Positions 1-10,548 of a stretch of DNA of 64,000 nt are shown here, in pieces (the stretch's first letter is position 1; the number at the start of each line of letters is the position of its first letter). Made by a program: the position numbers and the translations under genes. Origin of the DNA: Patescibacteria group bacterium (GTDB taxonomy: Bacteria > Patescibacteriota > Patescibacteriia > UBA9934 > GWF2-40-263). Below the pieces are notes generated by a model. It saw only the letters and a program-made list of their open reading frames with translations, did not search any database and was not told the origin of the DNA. Location of the stretch: NCBI GenBank assembly GCA_041661745.1, contig JBAZTR010000001.1:300306-364305 (forward strand), read 5' to 3'.

Positions 1-539
1 GGGCCGTAATTATTGGAACAGTTGGAAATAGTTACCGGCAAACCGTAAGTAATATGATACGCCCGAACTAAATGATCGGCCGCGGCTTTTGAAGCCGAAT
101 ACGGATTGCACGGACGATATGGTGATTCCTCGTTGGTCGAAGGAGCGTCAAGAGTTAAGGCACCGAAGACTTCGTCGGTTGAAACATAATGGAAACGTTT
201 TAAACCATTATGTCGAGCGGCTTCTAAAAGAACTTGTGTTCCCAAAACATTGGTTTTAATAAATTCGCTTGAATCCATAACCGAACGATCAACGTGCGTC
301 TCGGCGGCAAAGTGAACAACCGTGTCAGTATCTTTAACCAGGTTAAAAACCAAATCACGATCGCAAATATCGCCCTTAACAAATTTTATTTTGTCCATGG
401 CCGCCTCAAGGTTACGCAAATTGCCGGCGTAAGTAAGTTTATCTAAAACTACCACCTCGTCTTCGGGGTGATTCTTTAACCAATAATGAACGAAGTTAGA
501 ACCAATGAACCCGGCCCCTCCGGTAACTAAAAGTTTCAT
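1..539 (-). CDS. rfbB: dTDP-glucose 4,6-dehydratase (C-terminal part runs off the window start)
   Basis: Manual translation from ATG at 539: MKLLVTGGAGFIGSNFVHYWLKNHPEDEVVVLDKLTYAGNL...VVHFAAETHVDRS...HYVSTDEVFG...PYSASKAAAD. Confidence 0.93.
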   Translation of the reverse strand, partial: MKLLVTGGAGFIGSNFVHYWLKNHPEDEVVVLDKLTYAGNLRNLEAAMDKIKFVKGDICDRDLVFNLVKDTDTVVHFAAETHVDRSVMDSSEFIKTNVLGTQVLLEAARHNGLKRFHYVSTDEVFGALTLDAPSTNEESPYRPCNPYSASKAAADHLVRAYHITYGLPVTISNCSNNYG

Positions 540-565
540 ATCTTTAAAAACAGTTTTAAACGATC

Positions 566-970
566 CTAAATCAAGCGTCTAATCTTTTCGGAAACATCGG
601 CTAAGCTGTCCTCGGAATTTTTGTCGCGACTCCATGGTTCAAAACCATCATTGGTGTAACGTGGAATAATGTGAAAATGCGTGTGAAAAACCACCTGACC
701 GGCGGCATGGCCAACATTACAGTGAACGTTACAGCCGGGCGCCCCAACGCTTTGCATAATGGCCGGAGCGATTCTTCTAATCACACTAACCAAGGCATGC
801 ACGTCATCGCTATCGGTTTCCAAAAGATGATCAGCGTGTTTTTTTGTAGCAATTACGGTGTGGCCCGGGTTAAGTGGTTTAATGTCCAAAAAGGCCAAAA
901 TTCGTTCATCCTCATAAATTTTGTGGCACGGCACTTGACCAGCGACAATCTCGCAAAAAAGACAGTTCAT
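566..970 (-). CDS. HIT family protein
   Basis: CLFCEI N-terminus, AFLDIKPLNPGH, HTHFHII histidine triad. Confidence 0.93.
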   Translation of the reverse strand: MNCLFCEIVAGQVPCHKIYEDERILAFLDIKPLNPGHTVIATKKHADHLLETDSDDVHALVSVIRRIAPAIMQSVGAPGCNVHCNVGHAAGQVVFHTHFHIIPRYTNDGFEPWSRDKNSEDSLADVSEKIRRLI

Positions 971-1002
971 ATTTTTATTGGATTAACCCGCCTTGGTCCA
1001 AA

Positions 1003-1380
1003 CTAACGGGGCCTTGGCGAGGCTAGAAGATATATTACTAATAATGGCACGACTAAAGCAAGCGGTAAAACTAAAACCAAAAAGTCACTTAAATTAGCCC
1101 GAAATTGCCACACGACAAAAACGCCGGCTAAACCAAAGATAAACGCTGATAAAAATTGTAAAATTTTATTTTCCTTTCTTTCTTTTACCACGCCAGCCCA
1201 CCAGATTCCGGACACAATGGCCACCAGTAAAAACCAATGAATAGAAAAAGTATTGGAAACAAAACCCGGGCGAAACAAATCAAAAGCCAAAAAAACAAAA
1301 AAAGAAACAACCGTCGTCAAAAAAATAGTGCGGGTTAAAATTTCTAAAACCGAAAATTTTTCTTGATGCTTAAAAAACAT
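1003..1380 (-). CDS. Small membrane protein (about 4 TM)
   Basis: Hydrophobic segments; start placed at MFFKHQ (ATG 1380), which overlaps the upstream gene stop. Confidence 0.65.
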   Translation of the reverse strand: MFFKHQEKFSVLEILTRTIFLTTVVSFFVFLAFDLFRPGFVSNTFSIHWFLLVAIVSGIWWAGVVKERKENKILQFLSAFIFGLAGVFVVWQFRANLSDFLVLVLPLALVVPLLVIYLLASPRPR

Positions 1381-2833
1381 AATCAAAAACTTTTTTAACC
1401 AATTCGCTAAAAGTGGTGGGCTGGCGAACAAATTTAATCTTAATGGAATTTAGTAGCAGTTCCCGATCAGATTGATTAACGGTCGGAGCGGAAATGGCTA
1501 ACTTCCAGGTTTGATCGACAAACGGCACGTTGGCCGTAGGAAAGGTTGCGGTAGCCACCAGCCACTCCCCGGCACGTTCAGGCGGTGTATAGTCGGCAAT
1601 AATATAGTTGACGCCGGCCCGATCAAGGTCGGTCTCCGCGGTTAAATGAAGCGGGTCAGGATTAAAAAATTGCGAATAAGAAAAAGCAAAGTGACCGTCG
1701 GCACGAATAAGCAAATCCTCGGCCGCGGGAACGCGGCCGGCCACCACCCCGGTTTCCGGCGGCGCATAAGAATATTCCAAATACGGTTGGGTTATAGCCA
1801 CTGTCCCCCGACCAACCGAAACCGTTTGTGCTCCGGTGGCGTGACGAGTGGAAAGTTTTAAATTTTTTCCTTCAGTCCAAAAATTTACCGTCGGCGCGGT
1901 GGCCAAATAACCAACCGTATCAGCCAACCAGATCTGATTTAAAAAAGTCATTTTTTGTTGAGAAGTGGAAATGGCTCGAAAAAAAATGTCCTCCGTTGCT
2001 TTCATTTGAACTTTGTAAACACCTTCCGATAAATTTGGGACGGAAACTATCAGAGTTTGCAATGATGAAGCCGAACTATTGTTGGTGGTATTACCGTCGT
2101 CATAAGCGCGTTCTTCGGCCACCGGTTGCCCAGCTTCGTTTGTCACGACAATATCGACCCAATCTTCACCAACTTGGCGATTGGTGTCGGAAAAAGAAAA
2201 TTTAAAATTTAATGTCTCATTTTTAATATAAGTATAAAACTCATGCGAGCCGCGCAAAGAAACATTGGTCGATTTTAATTCAAAAGACGGCACGTAGTCG
2301 GATAGCCGATATGGCCGAGCCAAATCATAATGATAGATGGCAATTTCCGATAAAGCCGGCGGGTTGGCTAAAAAAGAGGCAAGCGTTTCATAATTTTTCT
2401 GACGCTGCAACAAAATCGTGTCATCAATGGAAATTTTATTCCAAAGCGAATTATCGATAATTAAATTTTGCAACGGTTCAAGTTGATAAGCCCCGGTGGT
2501 GGCGTCGGCCAACAGGCCAGCCTCGACAATTGGGGTATTTTTATTTTTAAAACGATATTCGACAACAATGGAATCAAACGAGCGTTGCGGATGGACAAAA
2601 AAGAATACCGGATCACCAATAATTTTCTGAACCCAGTTGCCGTCACTTTCCTGAAAAGTTTCTTCGACCCGGGCATCAGGCAAAAGGCGATCAAGGTACG
2701 GCGAGCTTTCATTAACATTTCGTGAAGTGACAAAAACCCCGCTGGGCACAACGGCAATATTAAACAGCCAGAAAAACAACCCACAAGGAATGAGAATTAT
2801 AACTACTTGAATAATGCGAGCGAAAATTTTCAT
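1370..2833 (-). CDS. Membrane-anchored extracellular hypothetical protein
   Basis: 487 aa ORF, N-terminal TM, beta-rich body, coupled to both neighbours. Confidence 0.75.
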   Translation of the reverse strand: MKIFARIIQVVIILIPCGLFFWLFNIAVVPSGVFVTSRNVNESSPYLDRLLPDARVEETFQESDGNWVQKIIGDPVFFFVHPQRSFDSIVVEYRFKNKNTPIVEAGLLADATTGAYQLEPLQNLIIDNSLWNKISIDDTILLQRQKNYETLASFLANPPALSEIAIYHYDLARPYRLSDYVPSFELKSTNVSLRGSHEFYTYIKNETLNFKFSFSDTNRQVGEDWVDIVVTNEAGQPVAEERAYDDGNTTNNSSASSLQTLIVSVPNLSEGVYKVQMKATEDIFFRAISTSQQKMTFLNQIWLADTVGYLATAPTVNFWTEGKNLKLSTRHATGAQTVSVGRGTVAITQPYLEYSYAPPETGVVAGRVPAAEDLLIRADGHFAFSYSQFFNPDPLHLTAETDLDRAGVNYIIADYTPPERAGEWLVATATFPTANVPFVDQTWKLAISAPTVNQSDRELLLNSIKIKFVRQPTTFSELVKKVFDYVF

Positions 2834-4452
2834 GGTAAAAGAGTAAAACGATATAACGATTCGCTTCCCAAGGTTTCCACCAAATCGATTCGTAATTTTG
2901 CGGCCGCTAATTTCTGATTATTTAAATAATCTAAATCAATTTGTGGCAAAGTTACCCCGTAATAGTATAAAGGAGCGATTGTAATAATTTGCGGCAACAA
3001 GGCGTAGGTCGTTTCGTCGCGCAAGTAATAACGAATCACCCGATCGGGAAAAAACAATTTGTCGCCGCGCTCCGTAACAATCACCGCATTATCTTCGGTT
3101 AAAGTAAGAACGCGTTCACGAACAACTTCAGCTTCAATCAAACGTTCGCGGGTCGGCCACAAAGCATCAACCGAAGAAAAAAAGACGATATTAATGCTAA
3201 GGGCGAGAATAGCCAAAAAACAAACAACCGGAATAAACTTTTTAGTTTTTTCCGCTAGCTTAGTCAAAACCACGGCCACCAACGGGGTAATGGCGACAAA
3301 CAACGGCAACCAATAGCGCGAATAAGAATTACCAATAGTTATAGCCGACAAATCAGGATTATCATGAATGGCCGAAGAACCGTAAACAATAACCAAAATT
3401 GCCGCCGTCAAAAATAATCCCAATAAAGGCCATAAAAATCTACGTCTGGTTTTTTCTTGCCAAAGTAAAAGGCCGGCCCCGACCAAAGCTGGAATGGTTA
3501 ACCACCAAAACATGAGCAAACCATAATTCCAAACATTGTGCCACATGGCCCGTGGATGCAACCCGAATGGTAAATAAACTGATAAATGGTCGCGTGCCGT
3601 CATAAGCCAAGACTGTTCGACGGCAACATTATTGTTAGCTGGCGCGCTAAACGTAACAATACTGGGTGAGGCAACAGTATAACCGGTAACAAAATAATTA
3701 CCGTACATAGCCTTATTTACAAACAAAAGCGGCAAAACCACGACAAATAAACCAAGACCGAAAGCGGCTATGGTCGACCACGAAACTTTTTTTCGCGCGA
3801 CTACCCACGCAAGGAACAAAATTGGCCCAAGCCAAAAAATTTCTGAAGTTCTGATCCACAAGGCCCCGCCGAAAGTTAAACCGGCCAAAAGGAAATCGCC
3901 CCAACGGTTGTTTGAAAAAATTTTTAAACACGGTCGAGTTACCAAGAAGTAAAGCGAAAAAATCAAAAAAGAAACAAGTAAAACATTCGGCATAAGTGGC
4001 CGACCAGACCAATACCACCAAGCCGGCGTAACCAATAAAAGCAGGGCGGAAAAAAGACCAATTCGCCGATCAAAAATTTTAGTCCAAAGCGTGTACCAAG
4101 CAACCACAGCTAAAAAAGAAAAAAGCGGCGTCCAAAAAGTCGTTGACCAAAAACCAAAAATCTTAATCAGCATGCCGAAAAGCAAAGGCAAGCCTAAAAA
4201 TCCAATCGGTAAAAGACGGCCGTCAACAGCAACTGTGCCGCGCGGATAGAAAAAATCACCTAAGACGCTGTTAAAAGGCTCGAAGGAATACAAGTGCCCT
4301 TGGACAGAAAAAGTCTCGGAAAAAAAAGCGTTGGCGGTTTCATCGGGCGAAACAAAAGTTGAACCAACAAAAGACAAAATCTGCGTGGAAATTAAAAAAA
4401 CCAAACCGGCCACGCCTAAAATTAGCAGATCCCGTCTGGTTTCAGATGCCAT
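2830..4452 (-). CDS. GT-C fold (ArnT/PMT-like) integral membrane glycosyltransferase
   Basis: SPDE motif after the first TM, many TM helices, RY motif; located in a glycosylation cluster. Confidence 0.75.
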   Translation of the reverse strand: MASETRRDLLILGVAGLVFLISTQILSFVGSTFVSPDETANAFFSETFSVQGHLYSFEPFNSVLGDFFYPRGTVAVDGRLLPIGFLGLPLLFGMLIKIFGFWSTTFWTPLFSFLAVVAWYTLWTKIFDRRIGLFSALLLLVTPAWWYWSGRPLMPNVLLVSFLIFSLYFLVTRPCLKIFSNNRWGDFLLAGLTFGGALWIRTSEIFWLGPILFLAWVVARKKVSWSTIAAFGLGLFVVVLPLLFVNKAMYGNYFVTGYTVASPSIVTFSAPANNNVAVEQSWLMTARDHLSVYLPFGLHPRAMWHNVWNYGLLMFWWLTIPALVGAGLLLWQEKTRRRFLWPLLGLFLTAAILVIVYGSSAIHDNPDLSAITIGNSYSRYWLPLFVAITPLVAVVLTKLAEKTKKFIPVVCFLAILALSINIVFFSSVDALWPTRERLIEAEVVRERVLTLTEDNAVIVTERGDKLFFPDRVIRYYLRDETTYALLPQIITIAPLYYYGVTLPQIDLDYLNNQKLAAAKLRIDLVETLGSESLYRFTLLP

Positions 4453-5062
4453 AGGAAAGCAAACTCAAAATTGCAAAAAGAATCGCCAAAGTAAAAGTTC
4501 CGACCGAGACACTTTTAAACAAATCAAAATCCGCCCACAACGAAATCAACAAAAACATTACCCCGGCAACCTGCAGAATCATTTTAATTTTTCCAAAGAC
4601 ATTGGCGCTTACGAAAGACCCTTTGTATTTACGAAAAAAAGCGCCGGCAATTATAACCACTTCAAAAAAAACGATTAAAAGTCCAAAATATAAACCAATG
4701 TACTTGATGACAAATAAAAGAACAACTAAACCAATCAATAATTTATCGACCACTGGATCAGCCAAGGTTCCCCAGGCGGTTATTTGCCTTCGCGTCCGGG
4801 CGAGTGAGCCATCGACAGCATCGGTAAAAGCCGCGGCAAAAAACAACGGAACGCCAATAGCGTATTGCTCTGTAATCAAAAACCACAAAACAAAAGGCGT
4901 CAAAACCAAACGCAAAATAGTTATGTGGTTAGGAAGAACAAATTTTGGAATGAGTTTTAAAATCGTGGCGGCCATTAAACGGTCGTGCAGAAACAACCGA
5001 TACGGATCACGTTCGGCTTTTGGGTGAAACTTCTTTAAAAAATCAACTATTCGCGAAAACAT
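4442..5062 (-). CDS. CDP-alcohol phosphatidyltransferase (PgsA-like)
   Basis: PNHITILR and DAVDGSLAR...WGTLADPVVDK signature. Confidence 0.9.
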   Translation of the reverse strand: MFSRIVDFLKKFHPKAERDPYRLFLHDRLMAATILKLIPKFVLPNHITILRLVLTPFVLWFLITEQYAIGVPLFFAAAFTDAVDGSLARTRRQITAWGTLADPVVDKLLIGLVVLLFVIKYIGLYFGLLIVFFEVVIIAGAFFRKYKGSFVSANVFGKIKMILQVAGVMFLLISLWADFDLFKSVSVGTFTLAILFAILSLLSYGI

Positions 5063-5079
5063 GGTATTATATTTAGCGT

Positions 5080-7203
5080 ATGTTTCGCCTTTTAACCAAT
5101 GCCAAGTTTACCATAATAAGCGTAATTTTTCTAGCTGTTTTCGTCGCTAACATCTTTGTCTTTAAAAATATTCCCGTTGGAGTAATTCTGCTTATAAGTT
5201 TTATTGCTATCACGGCGCCGCCATTTGGTCGGGCCGCGGCGCCAAAAGAAGCCCGCTTGGCCCAATTCGTCTTTGGTTTTTTCTCCCTACTTTCCCTTAT
5301 CGCCATCATTGGCTCAGGCTTTTATTATCTGGCGGAGTTTACAGCCCCGGTCGCCATAACACTGGTTTTGCTAATTCCCTCGTTAGTTTGGTTAATTGAA
5401 AAAAGGGCCGGCCGCACAGCCATTCCGGCCGGAGCAAAACATAATCCTTGGGCCGAACCATTACAACAATCGCAAAAAATCGGGGCAGCCGTGGCCGTTG
5501 TTCTGGTTTTACTTGCCACAACCGTCTCGCTTGTTATAAAAGCCGCTACAGAAACCGCTGTTCGTTCGCCGTGGGAAGTAGTTACACCAAGCGTATTCAT
5601 TACCTTTGGCCTGGCGGCAATTCTCCTTACTGCCCTTCTAGTTCGCGGTCGGGAACGAATTTTAACCTTACCGCTTGTTTCAGCTGCCCTTTTTGTTTTT
5701 CTCTCCATCGCTTTATTTGTTTTCCCGCTTGGTTACGGTTTTGACTCGTTTATTCACCAGGCTACCGAAAGTCATATTGCCGAATTTGGTACCATCACTC
5801 CAAAACCTTTTTACTATATCGGCCAATATTCCATTGTTCTTTTTCTTTATCACGCTTTCCTGGTACCAATTGACTTGGCCGATAAAATTCTTGTGCCACT
5901 TCTCGCCGCCTTATTACTACCTATGGCTTGGTTTTCGGCCGCTGCCCACCTTTTAAAAGAAAAAAGAAGTGCTGCCCAGTCTTTAATTCCGATCTTTCTG
6001 ATTCCTCTTTCATCTTTCATTGTTACCACACCACAAGGTCTGGGTAACCTTTGGTTTTTTATTTTAGTCCTTTTGGCGGCTCCGCGGCTTATGGACCGAG
6101 AAAGTTTGCCCATTTGGCCCTTGGCCTTAAGTGCTTTGGCCACCCTACTTATTCACCCGATTGCCGGCATTCCTGCCGTTCTATTCCTGGCCCTTTTAGC
6201 CGCCAATCCAAATGAGCCAAAACAAAAAAACCCGACTTTAGCTCGAGTATTCTCTTGGATAATTATTTTATTCGGCTGTTTTGCTCTACCTATTACCTTT
6301 GTCGTAAATAACCTACGCTCTGGTCAAGGCTTGGGGTTTGATTTCTCGGCTTTATCCCCATTGGTACTTGTCCACAACCTGCGCCTCGATTTGTTTTTTG
6401 AAAACCGCTTTTCGCCAATCCTGGACTTTGTCTATTTATTCGGTTGGAATCAAATAATTCTCTTAATCATTGGCGCGGTTATCGGCATGGTCTGGGCTCG
6501 ACGAACAATTTTAAAAAACCTTCGCGTTTATTTGGCCATGGCCGCAATTTTATTTATTAATTTTCTGGTCATAAAATCAGCCATTGATTTTTCTTTTCTA
6601 ATTGATTACGAACGCGGCAATTATGCCGACCGTTTGGTACCGCTGGCTATTTTCTGTTTGGTTCCCTTCCTTATTATTTTGGCCGGACGAACTTTAACTA
6701 CTCTGCGAGAAAAACCTTTTGTTTTACAAGCTGGAGCTGTCATCTTTTTGGCTGCGCTAATCACCTCGGCTTTTTACCTAAATTACCCGCGCCAGGATGC
6801 TTACGAAACCAGCCACGGTTATAATGTCAGTCGAGCCGATGTTTCCGCGACCATGGATATTGATCGCGACGCCGCCGGAATTGAATACGCTGTCTTAGCT
6901 AATCAGTCGGCCGCCGCGGCCGCCATTCGCGAATTCGGCTTTGCTCATTACTACGGCGAACAATTTTATTATCCCATTCCAACCGGTGGAACTTTGTATC
7001 AACTTTTTCTTAAAATGAACGAAGCTCCAACAAAAACCACGGCCTTGGCGGCCATGGATTTACTGGGGATCGAACGAATTTATTACTTGGTCAGTGATTA
7101 TTGGTGGCAGGCTGATCGACTTCGTGAAACGGCCAAAACTAACGCTGATGACTGGTGGAGTGTTGAGAATGGAAAAGTAACAATTTTTGAATATAACCGT
7201 TAG
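5080..7203 (+). CDS. Polytopic membrane protein, possibly GT-C-like
   Basis: 707 aa, many TMs, GYGFDSFIH loop motif. Confidence 0.7.
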   Translation: MFRLLTNAKFTIISVIFLAVFVANIFVFKNIPVGVILLISFIAITAPPFGRAAAPKEARLAQFVFGFFSLLSLIAIIGSGFYYLAEFTAPVAITLVLLIPSLVWLIEKRAGRTAIPAGAKHNPWAEPLQQSQKIGAAVAVVLVLLATTVSLVIKAATETAVRSPWEVVTPSVFITFGLAAILLTALLVRGRERILTLPLVSAALFVFLSIALFVFPLGYGFDSFIHQATESHIAEFGTITPKPFYYIGQYSIVLFLYHAFLVPIDLADKILVPLLAALLLPMAWFSAAAHLLKEKRSAAQSLIPIFLIPLSSFIVTTPQGLGNLWFFILVLLAAPRLMDRESLPIWPLALSALATLLIHPIAGIPAVLFLALLAANPNEPKQKNPTLARVFSWIIILFGCFALPITFVVNNLRSGQGLGFDFSALSPLVLVHNLRLDLFFENRFSPILDFVYLFGWNQIILLIIGAVIGMVWARRTILKNLRVYLAMAAILFINFLVIKSAIDFSFLIDYERGNYADRLVPLAIFCLVPFLIILAGRTLTTLREKPFVLQAGAVIFLAALITSAFYLNYPRQDAYETSHGYNVSRADVSATMDIDRDAAGIEYAVLANQSAAAAAIREFGFAHYYGEQFYYPIPTGGTLYQLFLKMNEAPTKTTALAAMDLLGIERIYYLVSDYWWQADRLRETAKTNADDWWSVENGKVTIFEYNR

Positions 7204-7865
7204 ACGGAAAAAACCGCCTCATCTGGTTCGGTTTTAACGGTAATTCTTTCTTTGGTAACTGGCTGATCAAAAGACAACGAAACCGCACACAAAGCAATAC
7301 GGCCACCATGTGGAATTGTGGAGCCGTATTTTTTGTCGCCAACAATTGGCGTCCCTAAAGACGACATGGCCACACGAATTTGGTGCGAACGACCGGTTTT
7401 CGGTTCAACCTCAATCAAGGAAAAAAATTTATGACCGCGCTTAATCGTATTGACCACATGATAAGCCAATTCGGCTTTTTGCGCTTCCGGCGCGGGATGA
7501 TCAAAAGCTTCGACAATGTTAGTCTGATGATTTTTTCGCAAATATTGAATAACCGTGCCGTCTTGTCTTTTAGGTTCGCCTTCAACCAAGGCCAAATATC
7601 TTTTCTCCACTTCGCGCGACATAAACTGCTCGGACAAACGCGAAGCCCCTTTGCTGGTTTTGGCAAACAACACCACCCCGCCAACCGGGCGATCAAGTCG
7701 GTGCACTAATCCTAAAAAAACATTACCAGGTTTATTATCACGAGCCTTGATAAAATCTTTGACCTCGTCCATGAGTGAACGATCGCCGGTTTCATCGCCC
7801 TGCGTTAAAAGACCATGGGGTTTTACCACGGCCAAACAATGATTATCTTCGTACAATATTTTCAC
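7200..7865 (-). CDS. RluA family pseudouridine synthase
   Basis: VHRLDRPVGG and TGRSHQIRV motifs. Confidence 0.93.
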   Translation of the reverse strand: MKILYEDNHCLAVVKPHGLLTQGDETGDRSLMDEVKDFIKARDNKPGNVFLGLVHRLDRPVGGVVLFAKTSKGASRLSEQFMSREVEKRYLALVEGEPKRQDGTVIQYLRKNHQTNIVEAFDHPAPEAQKAELAYHVVNTIKRGHKFFSLIEVEPKTGRSHQIRVAMSSLGTPIVGDKKYGSTIPHGGRIALCAVSLSFDQPVTKERITVKTEPDEAVFSV

Positions 7866-7868
7866 AAG

Positions 7869-9089
7869 TTACTTTTTTAAAATTTCTTTCATCATCTTTT
7901 CCAATTCGTCGACATAAGCTTTAAGCGAACAATTGGAAACTGAGTTGCGAATAATTTCTTCGCTCGCGCGAAACACCGGAAGTTCTTCGGACATTTTTTT
8001 AATAGCCTCGGCCAGCGCCTGAGCGTTACCCGGTTCAACCAGATAACCATTTTGCCCGTGTTTTAATAATTCGCCGATACCGCCAACATCGGAAGCAATA
8101 ACCGGAACGCCGCACTGCAGGCTTTCGTAAATTATCGTTGGAGAATTTTCAAAACATCGCGATGGCACAACGGTGGCGTCAACAATGGAAAAAAGGCGTT
8201 CCAAATCACCCAACGAAACATAACCATGATAAACAATGTCTGGATTCGTTTTACAACTTTCTTCAACCAACGAACGAAAAGTACCGTCGCCGGCAATATG
8301 AAGTTCAACCGGGACTTTGGATAATTTTACGGCTTCTAAGATTTCTTCGATTCCTTTATGACGTTCCAGTTGAGCGGCAAACAAAAGTCGCAACGGACCA
8401 GTTGGTTCGGCCCCGCCGCGCGCCGTACGGCGCGGGACCCCATGCATTTCCGGCGCGGGATTCCTTAACACCTTAACTTCGGTTCCTTTAAAAAAGCCGC
8501 GCTGACGATAAAAATCAGCTAAAAACTTTGACGGTGAAATAACTAAATTTGGTTTACCTATGGCTCGACGAACGGCTAATTCATATGGCCGGCGCAAAAA
8601 ATTTTCAAACGGCAGCATTGGCTCGCCATAAATTAATAAACCGCTTGGCACGGACAACTGAATATCGTGGACGGTATGAATAAAAGGAATACCAAGTTTT
8701 CGCATGGCCTGCGGCGCCTGCATTCCAAAACCTTTTAAATTATGGGTTAAAACTATTTCTACTCGTTCCGCTCGCAAAATACCGACAACTGCCTTGGTCG
8801 CGAATGGTGAAAAAAGATCAACGGCGTGCCAAACTGCCCTAAGCAGATAAGGTTTTTTATAATCATTAAGCACGTAATAAACATTCGGTGGAAAAAAACG
8901 ATAAACGGTTTCTGATAAACTTTCTTTTATTTGCGGAGAAAAAGCATTATAACCATAAAACGGCATGGTGGAAATTACCACCACTTCGTGACCGCGCTGT
9001 GACAATTCGCCCACAATGCGCTGGGCCACCTTTTCCGCGCCACCACGACTGATGGGCGGATATAGATTGGTTATAACGGCAATCTTCAT
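7869..9089 (-). CDS. Glycosyltransferase family 4
   Basis: GGAEK N-terminal motif; ENSPTIIYESLQCGVPVIASDVGG. Confidence 0.9.
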   Translation of the reverse strand: MKIAVITNLYPPISRGGAEKVAQRIVGELSQRGHEVVVISTMPFYGYNAFSPQIKESLSETVYRFFPPNVYYVLNDYKKPYLLRAVWHAVDLFSPFATKAVVGILRAERVEIVLTHNLKGFGMQAPQAMRKLGIPFIHTVHDIQLSVPSGLLIYGEPMLPFENFLRRPYELAVRRAIGKPNLVISPSKFLADFYRQRGFFKGTEVKVLRNPAPEMHGVPRRTARGGAEPTGPLRLLFAAQLERHKGIEEILEAVKLSKVPVELHIAGDGTFRSLVEESCKTNPDIVYHGYVSLGDLERLFSIVDATVVPSRCFENSPTIIYESLQCGVPVIASDVGGIGELLKHGQNGYLVEPGNAQALAEAIKKMSEELPVFRASEEIIRNSVSNCSLKAYVDELEKMMKEILKK

Positions 9090-10219
9090 AAATCGGTAAG
9101 TTCACGATACACCCCTTCAAGCTTATCCATCAATGGGGTCCAGGCGAACTCATTTTCAGCTCGCCGACGAGCGGCTATACCAAAAAAACGGCGTAAACTG
9201 GCGTCGTCAAGCAGGCGAGCAATGGACGCTGTAAGTTCGGCCTGCCCTTCTGGCCTTACCAAAAGACCGGTTTCTTCATTTTTTACAACACTCCTTACGC
9301 CCGGCAAATCAGAGGCAATACACGGCAAACCGCTGGCGGCTGATTCCAGGGCCACCAAACCAAAAGCTTCGGAACGATCGATCGAAGGAAAAACATGAAT
9401 ATCCGCGGCCCGATAAGCGCGCGGTTTTTCTTCCTCGGAAATTGTCCCAAAAAATTTTATACGTTCACTTAAACCAGACATTCGTGCCTGAGCCATATAA
9501 CTCTCTTTCATTTCACCATCACCAATCACCAACAGTTGCCAAGTTTTTTCTTTAAGGTCAGCCAGGGCCTCGATTAAAACCGATAAACCCTTAAAATAAT
9601 GAGCCCGATCAAGCCCACCGATAAATAATAAAACCGGCGTTTCCAAAGAAAAATTCAAGGCGGCACGAAAAGCGTCGTCGCGGCCGGGATGGAAACGCTC
9701 AAGATCAATTCCAAAAGGCATGATGGCAATTTTGTTGGTGGCTCCGGAAATTTCGTGCAAAGCGCAAGTGTCGGCGTAATCACGCGAGCTGACTAAAATT
9801 TTATCCGCCCGTTCGACAATCCACGGCAAAATAGCCCGGCGGTGCATGTCAAAAAGCAAATTTTTTAAACCAGAACTTTTGTTGTCCATGTGATAAGTCA
9901 TGACAAGCGGCTGGTGTGGCTGAAGATACTTTCGGACAATTATTGGTTCGGCTCCGCCGAAAAAAGGATAATGCAAATGGACTAAATCAAAACCCTTTAA
10001 ACGATAAGCCAAGGACGGCACCACCCCGGCATTGCCCCAATGCATTGGTGAAGGAACGCGATGGACATATTCGGGGTCACCGACGGTTTTTTCGTAGCGC
10101 GGTGTAAAGACATGGACATTGTGGCCACGTGAACGCAATCGCTCGGTATATTCAAAAGCCACCGCGCCCATGCCGCCGCGATATGGCGGATAAGTTGAAA
10201 CCACCTGGGCAATCTTCAT
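9086..10219 (-). CDS. Glycosyltransferase family 4
   Basis: YPPYRGGM; EAFGLVALESAASGLPCIASDLPG. Confidence 0.92.
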   Translation of the reverse strand: MKIAQVVSTYPPYRGGMGAVAFEYTERLRSRGHNVHVFTPRYEKTVGDPEYVHRVPSPMHWGNAGVVPSLAYRLKGFDLVHLHYPFFGGAEPIIVRKYLQPHQPLVMTYHMDNKSSGLKNLLFDMHRRAILPWIVERADKILVSSRDYADTCALHEISGATNKIAIMPFGIDLERFHPGRDDAFRAALNFSLETPVLLFIGGLDRAHYFKGLSVLIEALADLKEKTWQLLVIGDGEMKESYMAQARMSGLSERIKFFGTISEEEKPRAYRAADIHVFPSIDRSEAFGLVALESAASGLPCIASDLPGVRSVVKNEETGLLVRPEGQAELTASIARLLDDASLRRFFGIAARRRAENEFAWTPLMDKLEGVYRELTDL

Positions 10220-10545
10220 ACTTTTTTATTTTGTTTTGTCACGGCTTCGTTTATTTTGGTTAAATTTTCTTCGATCTTTTCCAGTTTAATTCGCACACGA
10301 AAAATAAGATAAAACAAAACAGCAATAGCCAAATAAACAGCGACTTGAATGGCCGAAACCGAAAAACCGAACGAGGCTACCAATTGGTCCAACTGTTTTA
10401 AAAAAGCCACCAACACCAAAGACGCCACCCAAAAAACAAACCAAAAAATAAATTCACTGGTGGAAACCGCGCCTTTACGCTTTTGCCAATAAAGTTTGGC
10501 CAAGAAAAAAAGAATAATTACCGCCGCGACTAATAATTGTGCCAT
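10216..10545 (-). CDS. DUF2304-like small membrane protein
   Basis: Three TMs plus C-terminal coiled coil, directly after a GT2 gene, which is the usual pairing. Confidence 0.75.
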   Translation of the reverse strand: MAQLLVAAVIILFFLAKLYWQKRKGAVSTSEFIFWFVFWVASLVLVAFLKQLDQLVASFGFSVSAIQVAVYLAIAVLFYLIFRVRIKLEKIEENLTKINEAVTKQNKKV

Positions 10546-10548
10546 ATC